Made by a program: the position numbers and the translations under genes. This document shows positions 30,001-43,452 of a stretch of 64,000 nt of DNA, piece by piece; the stretch's first letter is position 1, and every line of letters begins with the position of its first letter. The stretch is from Bilabrum cf. latius (Eukaryota). The stretch lies in NCBI GenBank assembly GCA_965178125.1, contig CBCXTV010000001.1:186001-250000 (forward strand). The letters run 5' to 3'. A model generated the notes under the pieces. It made no database searches, was not told where the DNA came from, and saw only the letters and a program-made list of their open reading frames with translations.

Positions 30001-30313
30001 GTCTTCCCTCTCCTCTTGATATGGTACACAAAGGCAAGAGCCTGACGATGCAGACGGAACTCCTGGATTTCACCGCCACATTCCTAGTCAAGACAGCCCT
30101 CGACTAAACAGACGCCGAGTTATCTTGAGCAGCATCCCACGACGCAGTGATGTGGACGGCAAGGGTGATGCCATGCTTTCCGGGCCTCCCATGTGACCGC
30201 TTTTTGCGTACCGAAACACTTTCCGGGGTCGACGCCCCGGCGGAACACGCCGGCGCGGCGGCAAGCGTCGATGTTGCGGGCGGCCCAGCCATGAGGTACA
30301 TGATCAAGTACAC

Positions 30314-31371
30314 GGAAAGCACGCAGAGCGTCGTCAATCCGTTCGTGAGCCGCGAGTTCCAAAAGGTCTTCGAGACATCCGCCCGGAAAGCACGCAGAGC
30401 ATCGTCAATCCGTTCGTGAGCCGCGAGTTCCAGAAGGTCTTCGAGCACATCCCCCCGGAAAGCACGCAGAGCATCGTCAATCCGTTCGTGAGCCGCGAAT
30501 TCCAGAAGGTCTTCGAGCACATCCCCCCGGAAAGCACGCAGAGCATCGTCAATCCGTTCGTGAGCCGCGAATTCCAAAAGGTCTTCGAGCACATCCCCCG
30601 GATGATGTCGAGCATGCGGACGCCCTGCTCCGGATGATGTCGGCCATGCGGACGCTCTTCCCAGACCTTGCGCGGCAGCGGGACGAAAATGGAGCTCTCC
30701 CTGCACCGCAAGCACGCCGGAAACCTGGTGCACTTCCACGTGTGCATGACGGACTCCGAGAGGTCGCATCGTTGTCGCGTGGCGGAGGATTTCATTTGGG
30801 CCGGCAGCAGGCCGAATGTCGTGTACGGCTTTAAGGTACCGAACCGGAGCTCCCGGCAGCAGCGCAGGCGGAGACATCCGCCCGGAAAGCACGCAGAGCA
30901 TCGTCAATCCGTTCGTGAGCCGCGAGTTCCAGAAGGTCTTCGAGCACATCCCCCCGGAAAGCACGCAGAGCATCGTCAATCCGTTCGTGAGCCGCGAATT
31001 CCAGAAGGTCTTCGAGCACATCCCCCCGGAAAGCACGCAGAGCATCGTCAATCCGTTCGTGAGCCGCGAATTCCAAAAGGTCTTCGAGCACATCCCCCGG
31101 ATGATGTCGAGCATGCGGACGCCCGGCTCCGGATGATGTCGGCCATGCGGACGCTCTTCCCAGACCTTGCGCGGCAGCGGGACGAAAATGGAGCTCTCCC
31201 TGCACCGCAAGCACGCCGGAAACCTGGTGCACTTCCACGTGTGCATGACGGACTCCGAGAGGTCGCATCGTTGTCGCGTGGCGGAGGATTTCATTTGGGC
31301 CGGCAGCAGGCCGAATGTCGTGTACGGCTTTAAGGTACCGAACCGGAGCTCCCGGCAGCAGCGCAGGCGGC
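30314..31371 (+). repeat. 72-bp/499-bp nested repeats, copy 2
   Basis: Duplicate of 3120-4177. Confidence 0.95.
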
Positions 31372-32046
31372 ATGCTTGGGGCGGCACGTGGATCTTCGAC
31401 GACGCCATTACGCTCAGCGATTGCGGGTCGAGGGTGCAGATCGACGCGCCGCAGTCGAAGGTCTTGGCGATGGTAATGCCCCGGAAGTCGGGCCAGTGGA
31501 TTCCTCATAGGCTGCGCTCGCGTACGATCTGGTATTTGGGTGGGGAGCAGTCGGCCGTGATCACCAACCTCAAGTGCCAGGCCTGCCCCGGAAGTCGGGC
31601 CAGGGCATTCTCCGAGTCTCTTTGCCGATGATGTCTGAGGAGAAACCGTCCGAGAGCATTGCTGTTTCCTTGGGAGACGGCCGCAATCTTCGTGGGCGTC
31701 AAGGCGCCGGTAATATGGGAAACGAGGGCGGCATGTTGGCGCGCGAGGTCGACGCCCCGGCGGAGGGGGGGGGCCGTACGTGCCGTGACAGGTCGCGCCG
31801 GAGCCGGCGGAGGAGGCGACATGGACTTGCAACGCGTGCCAGGGCCTAAGCCCCGGTCAGAGTACTTCAAGAAGTGGAAGGACTGGATCCAACCAGTTTG
31901 CCGGGTGTGTTACGACAAGTTCGACAGCGCGACGCCGTGGTGGGTGAGGTGCAAGAACTGCAAAAACGAGTTTCCGGCGTACCGATTTCCCCAGATCCGC
32001 CGGAAGAGGGACGGGCCTCGATCTCGGAAAGGGCGGGAGTCCGTTC

Positions 32047-33369
32047 TTGCATTCGGAATGGGCGGGGAGTTGCTTTTCCTGGGAGCATGTGCGAGATTCC
32101 TTCTCCGCGGGTCCTCTTTCGGCTTCGGCAGTCAGCAGCGCACTCTGCGGGAACGGCATTCTCCGAGTCTCTTTGCCGATGATGTCTGAGGAGAAACCGT
32201 CTGAAAGCATTGCTGTTTCCTTGGGAGACGGCCGCAATCTTCGTGGGCGTCGAGGCGCCGGTGATATGGGAAACGAGGGCGGCATGTTGGCGCGCGAGGT
32301 CGACGCGCCGGCGGAGCACGCCGGCGCGGCGGCAAGCGTCGATGATTCGGGCGGCCCCCACATCGAGAGCGGCGGCGCGGAGGCGGCGTCCACGGGGATG
32401 CTCGGAGAGGAGAGCGGCAAGGCAGCGCCGAAGGAGGACGCCGAAGACGACGGCGGCAAGAAGACGGAGGAGGAGGATGCTCGCGGCGGTGGACGTGCTG
32501 TGGTGCCCGGAGGTAATGACGACGTATGGACCGACGCAGCAGCTTGGAAGGCGGGTGGCGGCGTGGCAGCCGGGGCGGTCTCTGGCGCTGATAGCTGGGC
32601 TCTATGGGGGACCCCTGCGAAGTCGTCATGGGGGGAGACGTACGTGCCGCGGCAGGTCGCGTCGGAGCCGGCGGAGGAGGCGACATGGACTTGCAACGCG
32701 TGCCAGTGCTGCAAGCCCCGGTCGGCGTACTTCAAGAAGTGGAAGGACTGGATCCAACCAGTTTGCCGGGTGTGTTGCGACAAGTTCGACAACGCGACGC
32801 CGTGGTGGGTGTGGTGCAAGAACTGCAAAAACGAGTATCCGGCGTACCGATTTCCCCAGATCCGCCGGAAGAAGGAGAACTTGCGCTATTTCTTCCCTGA
32901 GGACTGGTGCGCGAAGTGCCTGGTTGCGCGTGGCTGGAGTCTCCATGATGTCCGTTCCTCTGCGGGTGAAGCGAAGCGTTGGGTGCCAAAAGCTGGCGCG
33001 AATACCGGTGACGGCGACAACGACGCTCGTGCTCCCGCACGCGACGAGCTTCCTGCAGGAGGCGCCGCCTCCTGCAGCAACGCCGTGCATCAGAGTTCTT
33101 CGCGTGACGAGGCCTTGGATGACATCAACCGGGCCATGGAGCTTCTCCGGAATGCGGAGAAATTCATCTCCGCGATGCCATCGTGCATGCAGTGTGCGGT
33201 GCAGGACCAGTTGATGCAGGGCATCGTCAAAGACCAGGCCCTCTTGGATATCTTCTCCGGCAAGATAACGGACTGGATCAAATACCATCCGGCCACTCTT
33301 GGGGCGATCCAATCCTATCGAAACGCATGGCTGTGGGCCGACGGAATGGCTCATGGTTGTCGAGGATGA
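32047..33369 (+). CDS. Chimeric zinc-finger ORF, copy 2
   Basis: Same translation as 4853-6175. Confidence 0.5.
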   Translation: MHSEWAGSCFSWEHVRDSFSAGPLSASAVSSALCGNGILRVSLPMMSEEKPSESIAVSLGDGRNLRGRRGAGDMGNEGGMLAREVDAPAEHAGAAASVDDSGGPHIESGGAEAASTGMLGEESGKAAPKEDAEDDGGKKTEEEDARGGGRAVVPGGNDDVWTDAAAWKAGGGVAAGAVSGADSWALWGTPAKSSWGETYVPRQVASEPAEEATWTCNACQCCKPRSAYFKKWKDWIQPVCRVCCDKFDNATPWWVWCKNCKNEYPAYRFPQIRRKKENLRYFFPEDWCAKCLVARGWSLHDVRSSAGEAKRWVPKAGANTGDGDNDARAPARDELPAGGAASCSNAVHQSSSRDEALDDINRAMELLRNAEKFISAMPSCMQCAVQDQLMQGIVKDQALLDIFSGKITDWIKYHPATLGAIQSYRNAWLWADGMAHGCRG

Positions 33370-34708
33370 TATCGAACCTCGCGAAGCATGCGTGGATCGG
33401 CTACTCGTAGTTCTTCACGCCATCGCGAAACCCCAAGGTGACGCAGATGGCCATGTTAGCGGGGTCAGAAGCACCGAGAATGGTCAGCCTCCAGCGCGGA
33501 AACTCACCTCATGCACAACTGCGAGCGCCTCTTGGACGTGCGGACCTATCCGGCGCACTGGGTAGACAACACATTTGTGGTCCCCTTCCACGTGGGCATG
33601 GGCCTAAAGTGGTATCTCATCAGCCCGGAGGGGAGGAAGGCGCTCCTGAAGATGCGGATCCCGAACCGAAGCTTCGAACGCTGCGTCTGGCGCCGCATCT
33701 TCGACACGTTCCAAGGGCCGGTATGTAATGTCCGTCGTGATGTCCGTGTGCGCGGCCCTGAGTTGGGGGGTTGTCTCGTCTGGGAAAAAACAGAGCGCGT
33801 GCCCATCTCCTACGAAGACTTGTGCGGTGTTCACGAGCACGCCGGCGAAACCTCGAGTTTTGGCATCAAGATCGTGTCGCGGCCAGGCTGTACGACGGCG
33901 GCAAGAAGACGGAGAAGGAGGATGCTCACGGTATCGCCCTGATCATCTGCACGACTTCGTGGGGCTCCATGACGTAACGGCGAGCGAGAACATTGACTGG
34001 TGGCGTGGCTGGAGGATCTCGGGAACACACGGCGGGCGAGCCGTTTTTCAAAAGGAGCACGGGTCCTTCGGGACGCCATTTCACTTACGGCGGGCGAGCC
34101 GTTTTCCGAATGGTGCGGGGGTCCTACTGATGCACACGGCGATCGCTGGTTCACTCACGGCGGGCGAGCCGTTTTCCGAATGGTGCGGAGTCCTCCAGAT
34201 GACCACGGTGATGGGTGGCAGCATGTCATAGGCGCGCCGTCGGAAGCTTCCCCTTCGAGTGATGCCTAAAACTGAGAAACCTGGAGATCCTAGCATCGTA
34301 TGGAGGCAAGAGGTAACACCTTGGGGTCCGTTCTCCGCTTCAATTCCTGTCCCAAATCCGATTCCCATTTCGAGACCGAAAAAGGTGACCCGGAAAACGA
34401 CGGTACTTATTTCTGAACCGTTTTCCGGACGCTTTCCGGGTCTCCCATGTGACCGCTTTTTGCGTACCGAAACACGTTCCGCGCGTGAGGAGCAGATGCG
34501 GATCTCCGCGGGGTCCTATTTGTGTCTTTTTTCGGGGACGAAATCGGGCGCACTTCTCGTGCCGATTTGTGGTCGTCTCTGAAACCGGCTGCGAGTCGGG
34601 AAAGGTGCCCGAGATGCTTGTGTCCTTGGCTTCGTATTTCTCCGCATATTCTTCAAACGCGGGCGGCAGTGGCTCCTGCGCGGGAGCTTCCCGAGTGGGT
34701 CCGTCGTG

Positions 34709-34905
34709 CAGTGCGCTGGGTAGGTCCGCAGGTCAAGGAGGCGCTCGCAGTTATAGACGTAGGTGGAGTTTGCGAGCTGCCGGCCGACATGCTCATGTGG
34801 TGACCGGAGGTCACCACATGAGCATGTCGGCCGGCAGCTCGCAAACCCCACCTGCGTCTATAACTGCGAACGCCTCCTTGACCTGCGGACCTACCCAGCG
34901 CACTG
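34709..34905. repeat. 97-bp inverted repeat, copy 2
   Basis: Duplicate of 7515-7711. Confidence 0.95.
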
Positions 34906-34985
34906 AGCAGACAACGCATTTGTGGTCCCCCTCCACGTCGGCATGGGCTTGAAGTGGTACCTCAGGAGGATTTCACTTGCGCCGG

Positions 34986-35889
34986 CCCCCAGGATTTCGC
35001 CAAAAATGGCCGATCCGCACAAGGAATTTAAGTTGCGGCGACACAGCTCGGACCCTGGCTTTTTTTTGGCTGTTTCGGGGCCCCAAGAGGGCTCCCGGCC
35101 CCAAAAAGGGCAAAACGCGAGGTTGTGGTGGAAAAAATGGGCCCCAAGGAGTCTCCAAACGACGCAAAACGCCACGTTGTGGTGGATTTTAGAGCCCCTA
35201 AATCGCCCAAAAAAGACGCAAAACGCCACGTGGTGGTGGATTTTAGAGCCCCTAAATCGCCAAAAAAGACGCAAAACGCCACGTTGTAGTGGATTTTAGA
35301 GCCCCTAAATCGCCCAAAAAAGACGCAAAACGCCACGTTGTGGTGTTTTTTTTGAGCGTTTTCGGGGGGCTCGGAAGGGGACCCCCCCAGGATTTGGCCA
35401 AAAATGGCCGATCCACACAAGGACTTTAAGTTGCGGCGACACAGTTCGGGCCCCGGTTTGTTTTTGCGGTTTGGGGGCCCCGAGAGGGCTCCCGGCCCCA
35501 AAAAGGGCAAAACGCGAGGTTGTGGTGGAAAAATGGGCCCCAGGCAGCCCCAAACGACGCAAAACGCCACGTTGTGGTGGATTTTAGAGCCCTAAATCGC
35601 CCAAAAAAGACGCAAAACGCCACGTTGTCGTGGATTTTAGAGCCCTAAATCGCCCCAAAGAGACGCAAAACGCCACGTTGTAGTGGATTTTAGAGCCCCT
35701 AAACCGCCCTAAAAAGACGCCAAACGCCACGTTGTGGTGTTTTTTTTGAGCGTTTTGGGGGGCCCGGAAGGGGACCCCCCCAGGATTTGGCCCAAAATGG
35801 CCGATCCACACAAGGAATTTAAGTTGCGGCGACACAGTTCGGGCCCCGGGGTTTGTTTTGCTGTTTGGGGGCCCCAAGAGGGCTCCCGG
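34986..35889. repeat. Satellite, copy 2
   Basis: Duplicate of 7792-8695. Confidence 0.93.
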
Positions 35890-38708
35890 GAGGCCCTAGA
35901 GTGGCCCTTCTCCGCTTCAATTCCTGTCCCAAATCCGATTCCCATTTCGAGACCGAAAAAGGTGACCCGGAAAACGACGGTACTCTCCGTCACTCCATCT
36001 GGCGGCGAAAATTGCCTCAGTTTCCGGTCCCCGATTCCGGGCCCAGGGACCCCCGAAATTCCCGATTCCGCGCAGTGCCGAAAGCTCGACATAAACCACA
36101 AACACGACACACAACACAACACGATAGCGCCTCCCCACGCGCGGGATTGGGTCCTTCCGCTCGCTGCATGTGAGCTGCAGTGTGTTCTTGCCGGGAATGT
36201 CACTGGAAGTCGCGCTGCAGTCTGCTCAGGGCGCCTTATGACCATGAAGGCGTCTCAGCACCCGCGACGGCAAGAGGGGGCACGCACGACGTTGCGAAGC
36301 ACCCGCCCTGGGTGAAGAAACTGCGTATCCACAGGAGTCACGTTCAGGTGCGCGAGAATTGGAAAGGCGGGGTAACTGGTGCAGAGGAGCTTGTTCGCAG
36401 CGCGGCTTCCACCAGCGCCGCTGACGGTAAGATGCATCGGTCTCGGTACATGAGTCGGCACGGTGTTGCGTGATTGACTTCACGATGCGGGAGTGTGCAG
36501 CCTTCCGCAGCGGGAGAATTGTATCTCCCCACGACCGCCGAAAAAAAAAAGAAGGCTATGCTGGACTCGTTCCAGGGAAGGCTATGCGATGAGTATCTCT
36601 AGGCGCTTTCCGGAAGACCCACCCACTACACGCTGGTCAGCCCTCCCAAGCGGGAGTGAACCGCGGATCCGCGGGCCCGTGAGCGCTGCTGCTACGATCA
36701 TTTCTGCCCGTTTGACTCTCGCCCACTCTTGCCGTGACCAAAGACGCGCAGATCCTTATGACGCATGACACCTCGTCGAGGTGTCGAGACTGCCTCACAT
36801 TCCCGTTACAAAGACCCACAGCACTGCGACAACGAAATCGGTCACGAAGAGAGCAAGAGGCCGCGCACCTGAGCATCACAAAAACCCCGAGAGACATAAA
36901 CAACACCGTCCCGTGAAGTCCCTGCGACGAGGGGATGCTAAGCGGCTCCCACGGCGGCTCCTCTGCGGGAAAAGCTGCCGCAGACCTCGAGATGGGATGC
37001 ACATGACTGCGAAGATTGCGGAACTCGTCCGAAGCCGGTCGCACGAGGGTCACAGCGAATGGAGGCATATCTATGAAATAGAGTCTGCGTGCAAAGCAGC
37101 ATTCCAACGATCGTCCGCATTCTTCCGAGCAAATCCTTGGGAGCACACATCCTGCGGACGACATCTCTTTTCTATCCACCCCAGCGTACTCCCCGCACAC
37201 ACTTCTCGCGAATGATTGAGAATTCTGTGCGGCACATGTAATATCAGGCTACCATGATACGCGGAATGGCGTGCTATTGCTCGCACGTTCGTGCGCCCCC
37301 TTCCGAATGCGCTTACCACATCACTATGTTCGTCGGCAACCGTATACACCGTAGGGGTCTTCCCTCCGACACCAAGCGTACACGACTGGCCGTAATAGCG
37401 CAGCGTAGATGTTTCGGACGTCGCCCAGGACAAGTGTCGACGCCCGGTTCGTCACGATCACTACGTGTGCACTTCACTCACCGCCCTCCAGCCGCTAGAC
37501 TTCTTTTGGAGCGCGACATCCTACGACGCGCTATGACACGTAGCCGTAAACCGCAGACGGCCTCGCGTTCACTGCTTGCAGCGCAAGAGCGTGAACAAGA
37601 ACCGCCCGCGTGGCACACCTTCGCAGGCGCGGAAGACAAAAAGTTCCTTCTAAGCTTGTATTCGGGTCCGAAAGCCAAATTCCACTTCGGGGTCGAGAAG
37701 GGCGACCCGGGAAATCACCGTACGCTCTGTGAATCCATTTCCCGGGGAAAGTCCCCGAGTTCCCGCTACCCGGTCCCAGGCCCAGCGACCCAGGAAAGTT
37801 CCCGTCCCCCCGCATGCGGAAACCTCCCACGAAGCACGCCCACCTCACGCTTCACACGCAAAAGTCCAGGAGTCAAATCCATTCCGGACCCAGCAGTTCA
37901 CCCCCCGTGACGATTGGGAAAGGCTCTTGCACACACCTTCTCGTCCGAGCAGTCTATGGAGCACACACCTGTCTTCGTTGCCTTTTCCGGCCAAAAATGC
38001 AGGGAGTTCGAAGGGGAAGTAGCAAGCGCGGAAGACCGCTTTCGAAACGCAGGTGCTCAGGGAAAAACAACCAGAGCGTCCCTGATCCTCGGCAGAGCCG
38101 TCCAGGAGGGACGGGCACGGACGGGCATCGCAGATCTTGCAGCGCCACCATTCGCCGGGATGGGCGACCGGACGAGGGCGACCACAAGTACGTAGCGTGC
38201 GACGTCCGTCAGTCGCCATGTTGCGCTGATTCGCTTTCGCGGCACGACTTCCAGGGCCGGCCTTACTCACTCCTCGGAGTCCGCGTGTGGATTCTCCCCT
38301 GCGCATGATCTGCCGCTCTAGATGCTACACAAAGATCCCGCTCGGATGACCCCCTCTGTGCATTCTGCAAGATTTTACGCGCCTCCATTCAATGCGCGAA
38401 GCATGCACCGCAGCACTCTGAGTCCGGTGACCACCTTCAATAGCGTGGGACAAATTCCGTCCGCGATGTGCATTCGGGCATGCTCCCCTTTCCGAGTCTC
38501 TGTGACCCGTAGTGCGTCCGCGGCCAACGACTCAGGACTCCACGATGGTACGCACGAGTTGCATTCCTTGCACGAAGCGTGCGGAGAGAAAGCGATGCTC
38601 AGACATCGAGGCGCTTGGAGGGTCTGCACGCGACATGCTTCGAGAGGCCATGCAAACATGCGAAACCAGAACTGAGGTTCCTCATCGTTCCTGCTGTCGA
38701 GCGCTCAA

Positions 38709-41441
38709 TTGGGGCATCGGATCAGGACGAAGCTCGCGAAGAGAGGGCGCGGGTGTCCCCATCCAAAAATCCGCCGCCTTCAAGGCTCATGTTCCCGGAT
38801 CCTGCATTCGCGAGTTTCGGGAGCAGAAGTGCAAGATCGCCGCTGGACACACAGCGCATGCCATTTCCCGTCTCTGGAGATGTCGGGCTTCCAGGCGCAA
38901 TTCGGACACCATCGCCAGGACCTCGGGAAGATGACATGTCTGCTGATCTGCAGGGAAGAGTCCCGCTTCGAGGAGTGGCGACAAAAAAAAGGGGCGCGAG
39001 AACTCCACGAGCACATGGGAGCGGTCCTTCGGCTCCCCAATCCAGTGTTTCCGCAGACCGACAGGGACCCAGATGGACGCGACATCGTCAAAGACCAGGC
39101 CCTCTTGGATATCTTCTCCGGCAAGATAACGGACTGGAGCAAATACAATCCGGCCACTGTTGGGGCGATCCAATCCCATCGAAACGCATGGCTGTGGGCT
39201 GAGAACCACACGCCGACGGAATGGCTCATGGTTGTCGAAGATGATATCGAACCTCGCGAAGCATGCGTGGATCGGCTACTCGTAGTTCTTCACGCCATCG
39301 CGAAAAACCCCAAGGTGACGCAGATGGCCATGTTAGCGGGGTCAGAAGCACCGAGAATGGTCACCCTCCAGCGCGACAACTCCACCTCCATCCACAATTG
39401 CGAGCGCCTCTTGGACGTGCGGACCTATCCGGCGCACTGGGTAGACAACACATTTGTGGTCCCCTACCACGTCGGCATGGGCCTAAAGTGGTATCTCATC
39501 AGCCCGGAGGGGAGGAAGGCGCTCCTGAAGATGCGGATCCCGAACCGAAGCTTCGAACGCTGCGTCTGGCGCCGCCTCTTCGACACGTTCCAAGGGCCGG
39601 TATGGAAGTGGGGAGATTGCCTCCGCATGACATCTGTGCTGGCAGCCAGCCCGGTCCTCGCATCGACTCCCGAGAGCATGGACACGGAGTGGGGGGGCTC
39701 GGGACGACGAAGTGCGGATGCAGGGCACAGTATGAAACCGTACATAATGGTCGACCCGAGTGAGGACTGGACTCTTGGCGAGCGATTAAACACATTGTCC
39801 GTCGTGATGTCCGTGTGCGCGGCCCTGAGTTGGGGGGTTGTCCTCGTCTGGGAAAAAACAGAGCGCGTGCCCATCTCCTACGAAGACTTGTGCGGTGTTC
39901 ACGAGCACGCCGGCGAAACCAACACGTTCGTCCACCTCCTCCAGGACAAACGCGGCGGGTCGTATTCGTACTTCCTGAGGTACGGAGACATCCGCATCCA
40001 CGTGGTGCAGCCGATGATGTGCATCCCCACCCTCGACAGAATGCTCGACATGGTAGCCCTGAAGAGGCCCAAGATGAACACCCTGCCTCCCTTGAAATGG
40101 CAGACCGCTCGATGGATCCAAGTCAAGCAGAAGTGGATCGATAAACTCCACACGGAGATGCCGGGGGCCGAGCTGCCCTCATGGCTGGAGTGGCCACCCT
40201 CAACCCACGCGCTTGTCCTCTGCGACGACAGGGACTTGGCGGCGCACTGCCTCGAGGGGAGATGCCAAAAGGAGCAGCAGGAGTGGATGAACGACGGGAA
40301 GGACAACAGCATCCAGCACTACATCCTTGAGGCAAAGCAAGCGCTGCAGAACGAGTTGGAAGACATCCTAAAGGGGGACAGCAGCTCACGCCTCGTCGTG
40401 ATCCGCATGACAACCAAACTGCTGGGACAGGTCTGGGTGGACATGATGAAGCACCTCACGAAGCAGTTCGGGAAGCGCATCATAACGCCAACGTTCCTCC
40501 TCCCGAAAATGATCCCCAAAAGGAGGCACGACGAAAAGAACCCGAGTGATGATTGGATTACTTGGGGAGCATCCTTGGCGAAAACCGTGGGCCTCCTCAC
40601 GCTCATACCTCCGATGCAAGTGCACTATCCCATCATGAGCTGGACCGTGGCCTGGAACCACTTCATGTTTAAGGGCAGGACTGCCACGGACACCGTGATC
40701 CCAGACGTCATCCGAACTCTGTACGCTCCGCACAAGAGCAACAGGAAGCAGCTCCTCAAGAACGGCCCGCTGTGCCAGACGAGGCGCGCCGTGCTGGACT
40801 CGCCCGCACTGCGGGACATTGCGAACAACTACTCAAGGGCCAAGGACAAGACCTATAACCTCTTGAGTTATTCCAAATGGTTTGCCGAAGAAGCCATGTG
40901 GCACATGATCAAGTACGCGGAAAGCACGCAGTGCATCGTCGACCCGTTCGTGAGCCGCCAGTGCCAAAAGGTCTTCGAGCACATCCCCTCGGACGACATC
41001 GGCCATGCGGACGCCCGGCTCCGGTACAACCTTCAGGATGCCGACGACCGAGGTTACCGCTTCAACGCGGGGCATCTCTACACCGCGGTGCAGGGCATCA
41101 AAACGGTGAACATCGCATACAACAAGTGGCTCACCGAGCAGGCACAGAGTCATTCCGAATGGAGCTGGGGCAAAACGTTCATCAAGCTTGTGATCAACCA
41201 GTGGCGGCAGCAGCAGGGCAGTGAGCCGTATGACGTGGACGAGGAGGACTACGTGAGCCTTCCGCGGACCTTCCACGGGAATTCGTTGAAGCTCGCGAGG
41301 AGCGTAAGCCTCCAGGACACGAGATCCTGCTCCAGATCGTCCTCATCCTATTCCAGGTCGCCCTCCACCAACAGGACTGAGGCACAGCCTTCGAAGAGAG
41401 CGCGCCTGACCCCGGCACCCGGCGTAAAGCACGAGCCCTGA
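38709..41441 (+). CDS. ORF910 GT25-like protein, copy 2
   Basis: Intact; 5 amino-acid differences from copy 1. Confidence 0.8.
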   Translation: MGHRIRTKLAKRGRGCPHPKIRRLQGSCSRILHSRVSGAEVQDRRWTHSACHFPSLEMSGFQAQFGHHRQDLGKMTCLLICREESRFEEWRQKKGARELHEHMGAVLRLPNPVFPQTDRDPDGRDIVKDQALLDIFSGKITDWSKYNPATVGAIQSHRNAWLWAENHTPTEWLMVVEDDIEPREACVDRLLVVLHAIAKNPKVTQMAMLAGSEAPRMVTLQRDNSTSIHNCERLLDVRTYPAHWVDNTFVVPYHVGMGLKWYLISPEGRKALLKMRIPNRSFERCVWRRLFDTFQGPVWKWGDCLRMTSVLAASPVLASTPESMDTEWGGSGRRSADAGHSMKPYIMVDPSEDWTLGERLNTLSVVMSVCAALSWGVVLVWEKTERVPISYEDLCGVHEHAGETNTFVHLLQDKRGGSYSYFLRYGDIRIHVVQPMMCIPTLDRMLDMVALKRPKMNTLPPLKWQTARWIQVKQKWIDKLHTEMPGAELPSWLEWPPSTHALVLCDDRDLAAHCLEGRCQKEQQEWMNDGKDNSIQHYILEAKQALQNELEDILKGDSSSRLVVIRMTTKLLGQVWVDMMKHLTKQFGKRIITPTFLLPKMIPKRRHDEKNPSDDWITWGASLAKTVGLLTLIPPMQVHYPIMSWTVAWNHFMFKGRTATDTVIPDVIRTLYAPHKSNRKQLLKNGPLCQTRRAVLDSPALRDIANNYSRAKDKTYNLLSYSKWFAEEAMWHMIKYAESTQCIVDPFVSRQCQKVFEHIPSDDIGHADARLRYNLQDADDRGYRFNAGHLYTAVQGIKTVNIAYNKWLTEQAQSHSEWSWGKTFIKLVINQWRQQQGSEPYDVDEEDYVSLPRTFHGNSLKLARSVSLQDTRSCSRSSSSYSRSPSTNRTEAQPSKRARLTPAPGVKHEP

Positions 41442-42315
41442 CGACGAAATGCCGCAGAACAGCGCGTTGCGGGGAGACAAAGCTCCGCGGGCAACAGCAG
41501 AAGGCCGCCGAGCGCCGGAGTTGGAGGGTCACATAGTTCCATCGGTCCCATTCTCTCCGGAAGTCGCATAGCACGTAGAGATCCGCATGCTCTCGGTGCA
41601 TGAACGCTGGCAGCACGCAGTGCCAAAGTCGCAAAGCGCTTCAGAGTCACAAGTCCAGAAGTTCTTCTGCCAATGTGTGTCCTCTTCCCGCTCATGTGTG
41701 CATCCTCGGAGGAAGTCTGGAGATGACAGGACCCAGCACGCACCACATCAGAAGTCCTTTTTTAAAGCGGCATCGTCAGACAAAAATCTGGAACGCCCTT
41801 CCGCAAAAAAGAGTGCTGCCCACAGAAAAAAGGGAAACACCTGAGGCCCCAGAAGCCAAAGGGAGGACCGCGAAGGACGCAGTTTCGAGGTCACACTTTC
41901 CGGGACCAGTTTTGAGCCCAAAAAGGGGTACACAAGAGGAAAACACGATGCGGGAGGCTTGAAATTGTCACCGAAAACGGGCCCAAAATTGGGACCCCTT
42001 TTTCGCAAATTTCGCAGCATCCAGACGACCCAGAAAGGCTTTCCCAGGCGCCGCCTCGAAGCTCACCTTCTCGCATGCAACCATGACGCAGCCCCACCTC
42101 CTCATGCAGACGCGTCTGAGAGACCCCGCAGTGGAACTTCTCCCATTCTGCGCAGGAAGCACTTCAGTCTACAAGGACCCGCGCACTTCTTACCGCACCA
42201 CCTCCATGTGAAAGCACTTCTCGCGGAGTTTTTTTCGGGCCCAGGAATACAGCAACTGCCAGAAGCTTCGCACAGAAAAGCAGCCCACTCAGGAAGCAAA
42301 CTCACTGCACACCCC

Positions 42316-42786
42316 ATGGCGAGCGACGCAGAACCGGAGGACGCAATGCGGCTCGACTCCCCTAGAGATGCGGATGCAGCGGCGCCACCCGAAGCGACGG
42401 AGGCAGGATCACAGAAACCAGATCATGCGCAGCAGTTCTTCGAGGAGCCCTGCCCGAAAGACGGACACATGGAAGCGCCAGAGAAGACCGCCAAGACGGA
42501 CGAACCTGGCGACACACCCATGTTCGTCGACAAGTGGACGGCAGCGATCACACGCCTTACCGAGGAGCGCAAGGCTCTCAAGCTCGAGCAGCGGGCTAAA
42601 ACGAAGGCCATCCGCAAAACCATCCGGCAGAAAAGGCGCACCATGAAGAACGCCAAAAAACTCACAGACGACGAGCTCGCCCAAATCGTGCTAGACAGGA
42701 AGATCTTGCAGTTGGTGCAAAAAGAAGAGATCGCAGCACGCAGCTCCGCCAACTCCTCAACGAGCCAGGCGAAGTCGACCTTGTGA
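42316..42786 (+). CDS. Basic coiled-coil protein, copy 2
   Basis: Duplicate of 15121-15591. Confidence 0.65.
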   Translation: MASDAEPEDAMRLDSPRDADAAAPPEATEAGSQKPDHAQQFFEEPCPKDGHMEAPEKTAKTDEPGDTPMFVDKWTAAITRLTEERKALKLEQRAKTKAIRKTIRQKRRTMKNAKKLTDDELAQIVLDRKILQLVQKEEIAARSSANSSTSQAKSTL

Positions 42787-43207
42787 GAAGCGCTTCCCGT
42801 GTTCAGAGAACCGAGGATTACAGATAGACCCCGCGTCACAGAAGCCATCGCAAGAGGGCAGAGCGTCAAGTACAGCGCAGTCTTGACGGACACAGATAGC
42901 CCGAGCAGCACAAAGCAGCGGATGCGGCTGCCCAGCGGAGTCGCGCACTCGGACAGCATACACGGGACGTGCTGGCAGAAATCACTCAGTCCGCGAGCAC
43001 CGTCGTCAAGAGCACGGGAGGGGCAGACTCGACATGCACAACTTTGAAAAACGGGAGGGCACGAAAGGAAGACAAATTTGGCATTAATCCTTGATTACCC
43101 CCGCCCCCCCGTAGAATCAGAGCGAGGAGATATGCTCGGAAGGTCCGGGGGGCAGTCGCAGAAAAGTGCACGCGAAAATAAGAGGAAAGGAGACCCCCCA
43201 AACCCAC

Positions 43208-43452
43208 GTAGTGCGACCCTCGGGGGTACCCTCTAAGGTACTAAGAATCCTTCCCCCGAAAATCGCACTACATCGGTCCCTGGCGTCGGGGAAAGCGGAA
43301 AAAAGGGGAGCACTACCGTGAAAAAATCCTGCATTTTACAGGAAAATCGGAGCACTACGTGTCAAAAACTGGGGGTTTTTGAGGTTTTTTTTCCAGAAAA
43401 ACGGCATTTTTTTATGTAAAAACCGCGCGAAACGAGCACTACCGAGCACTAC
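43208..43452. promoter_or_regulatory. Candidate origin, copy 2
   Basis: Duplicate of 16013-16257. Confidence 0.6.

Larger units (their letters stand above)
27294..34964 (+). other. Scrambled patchwork, copy 2
   Basis: Duplicate of 100-7770. Confidence 0.9.
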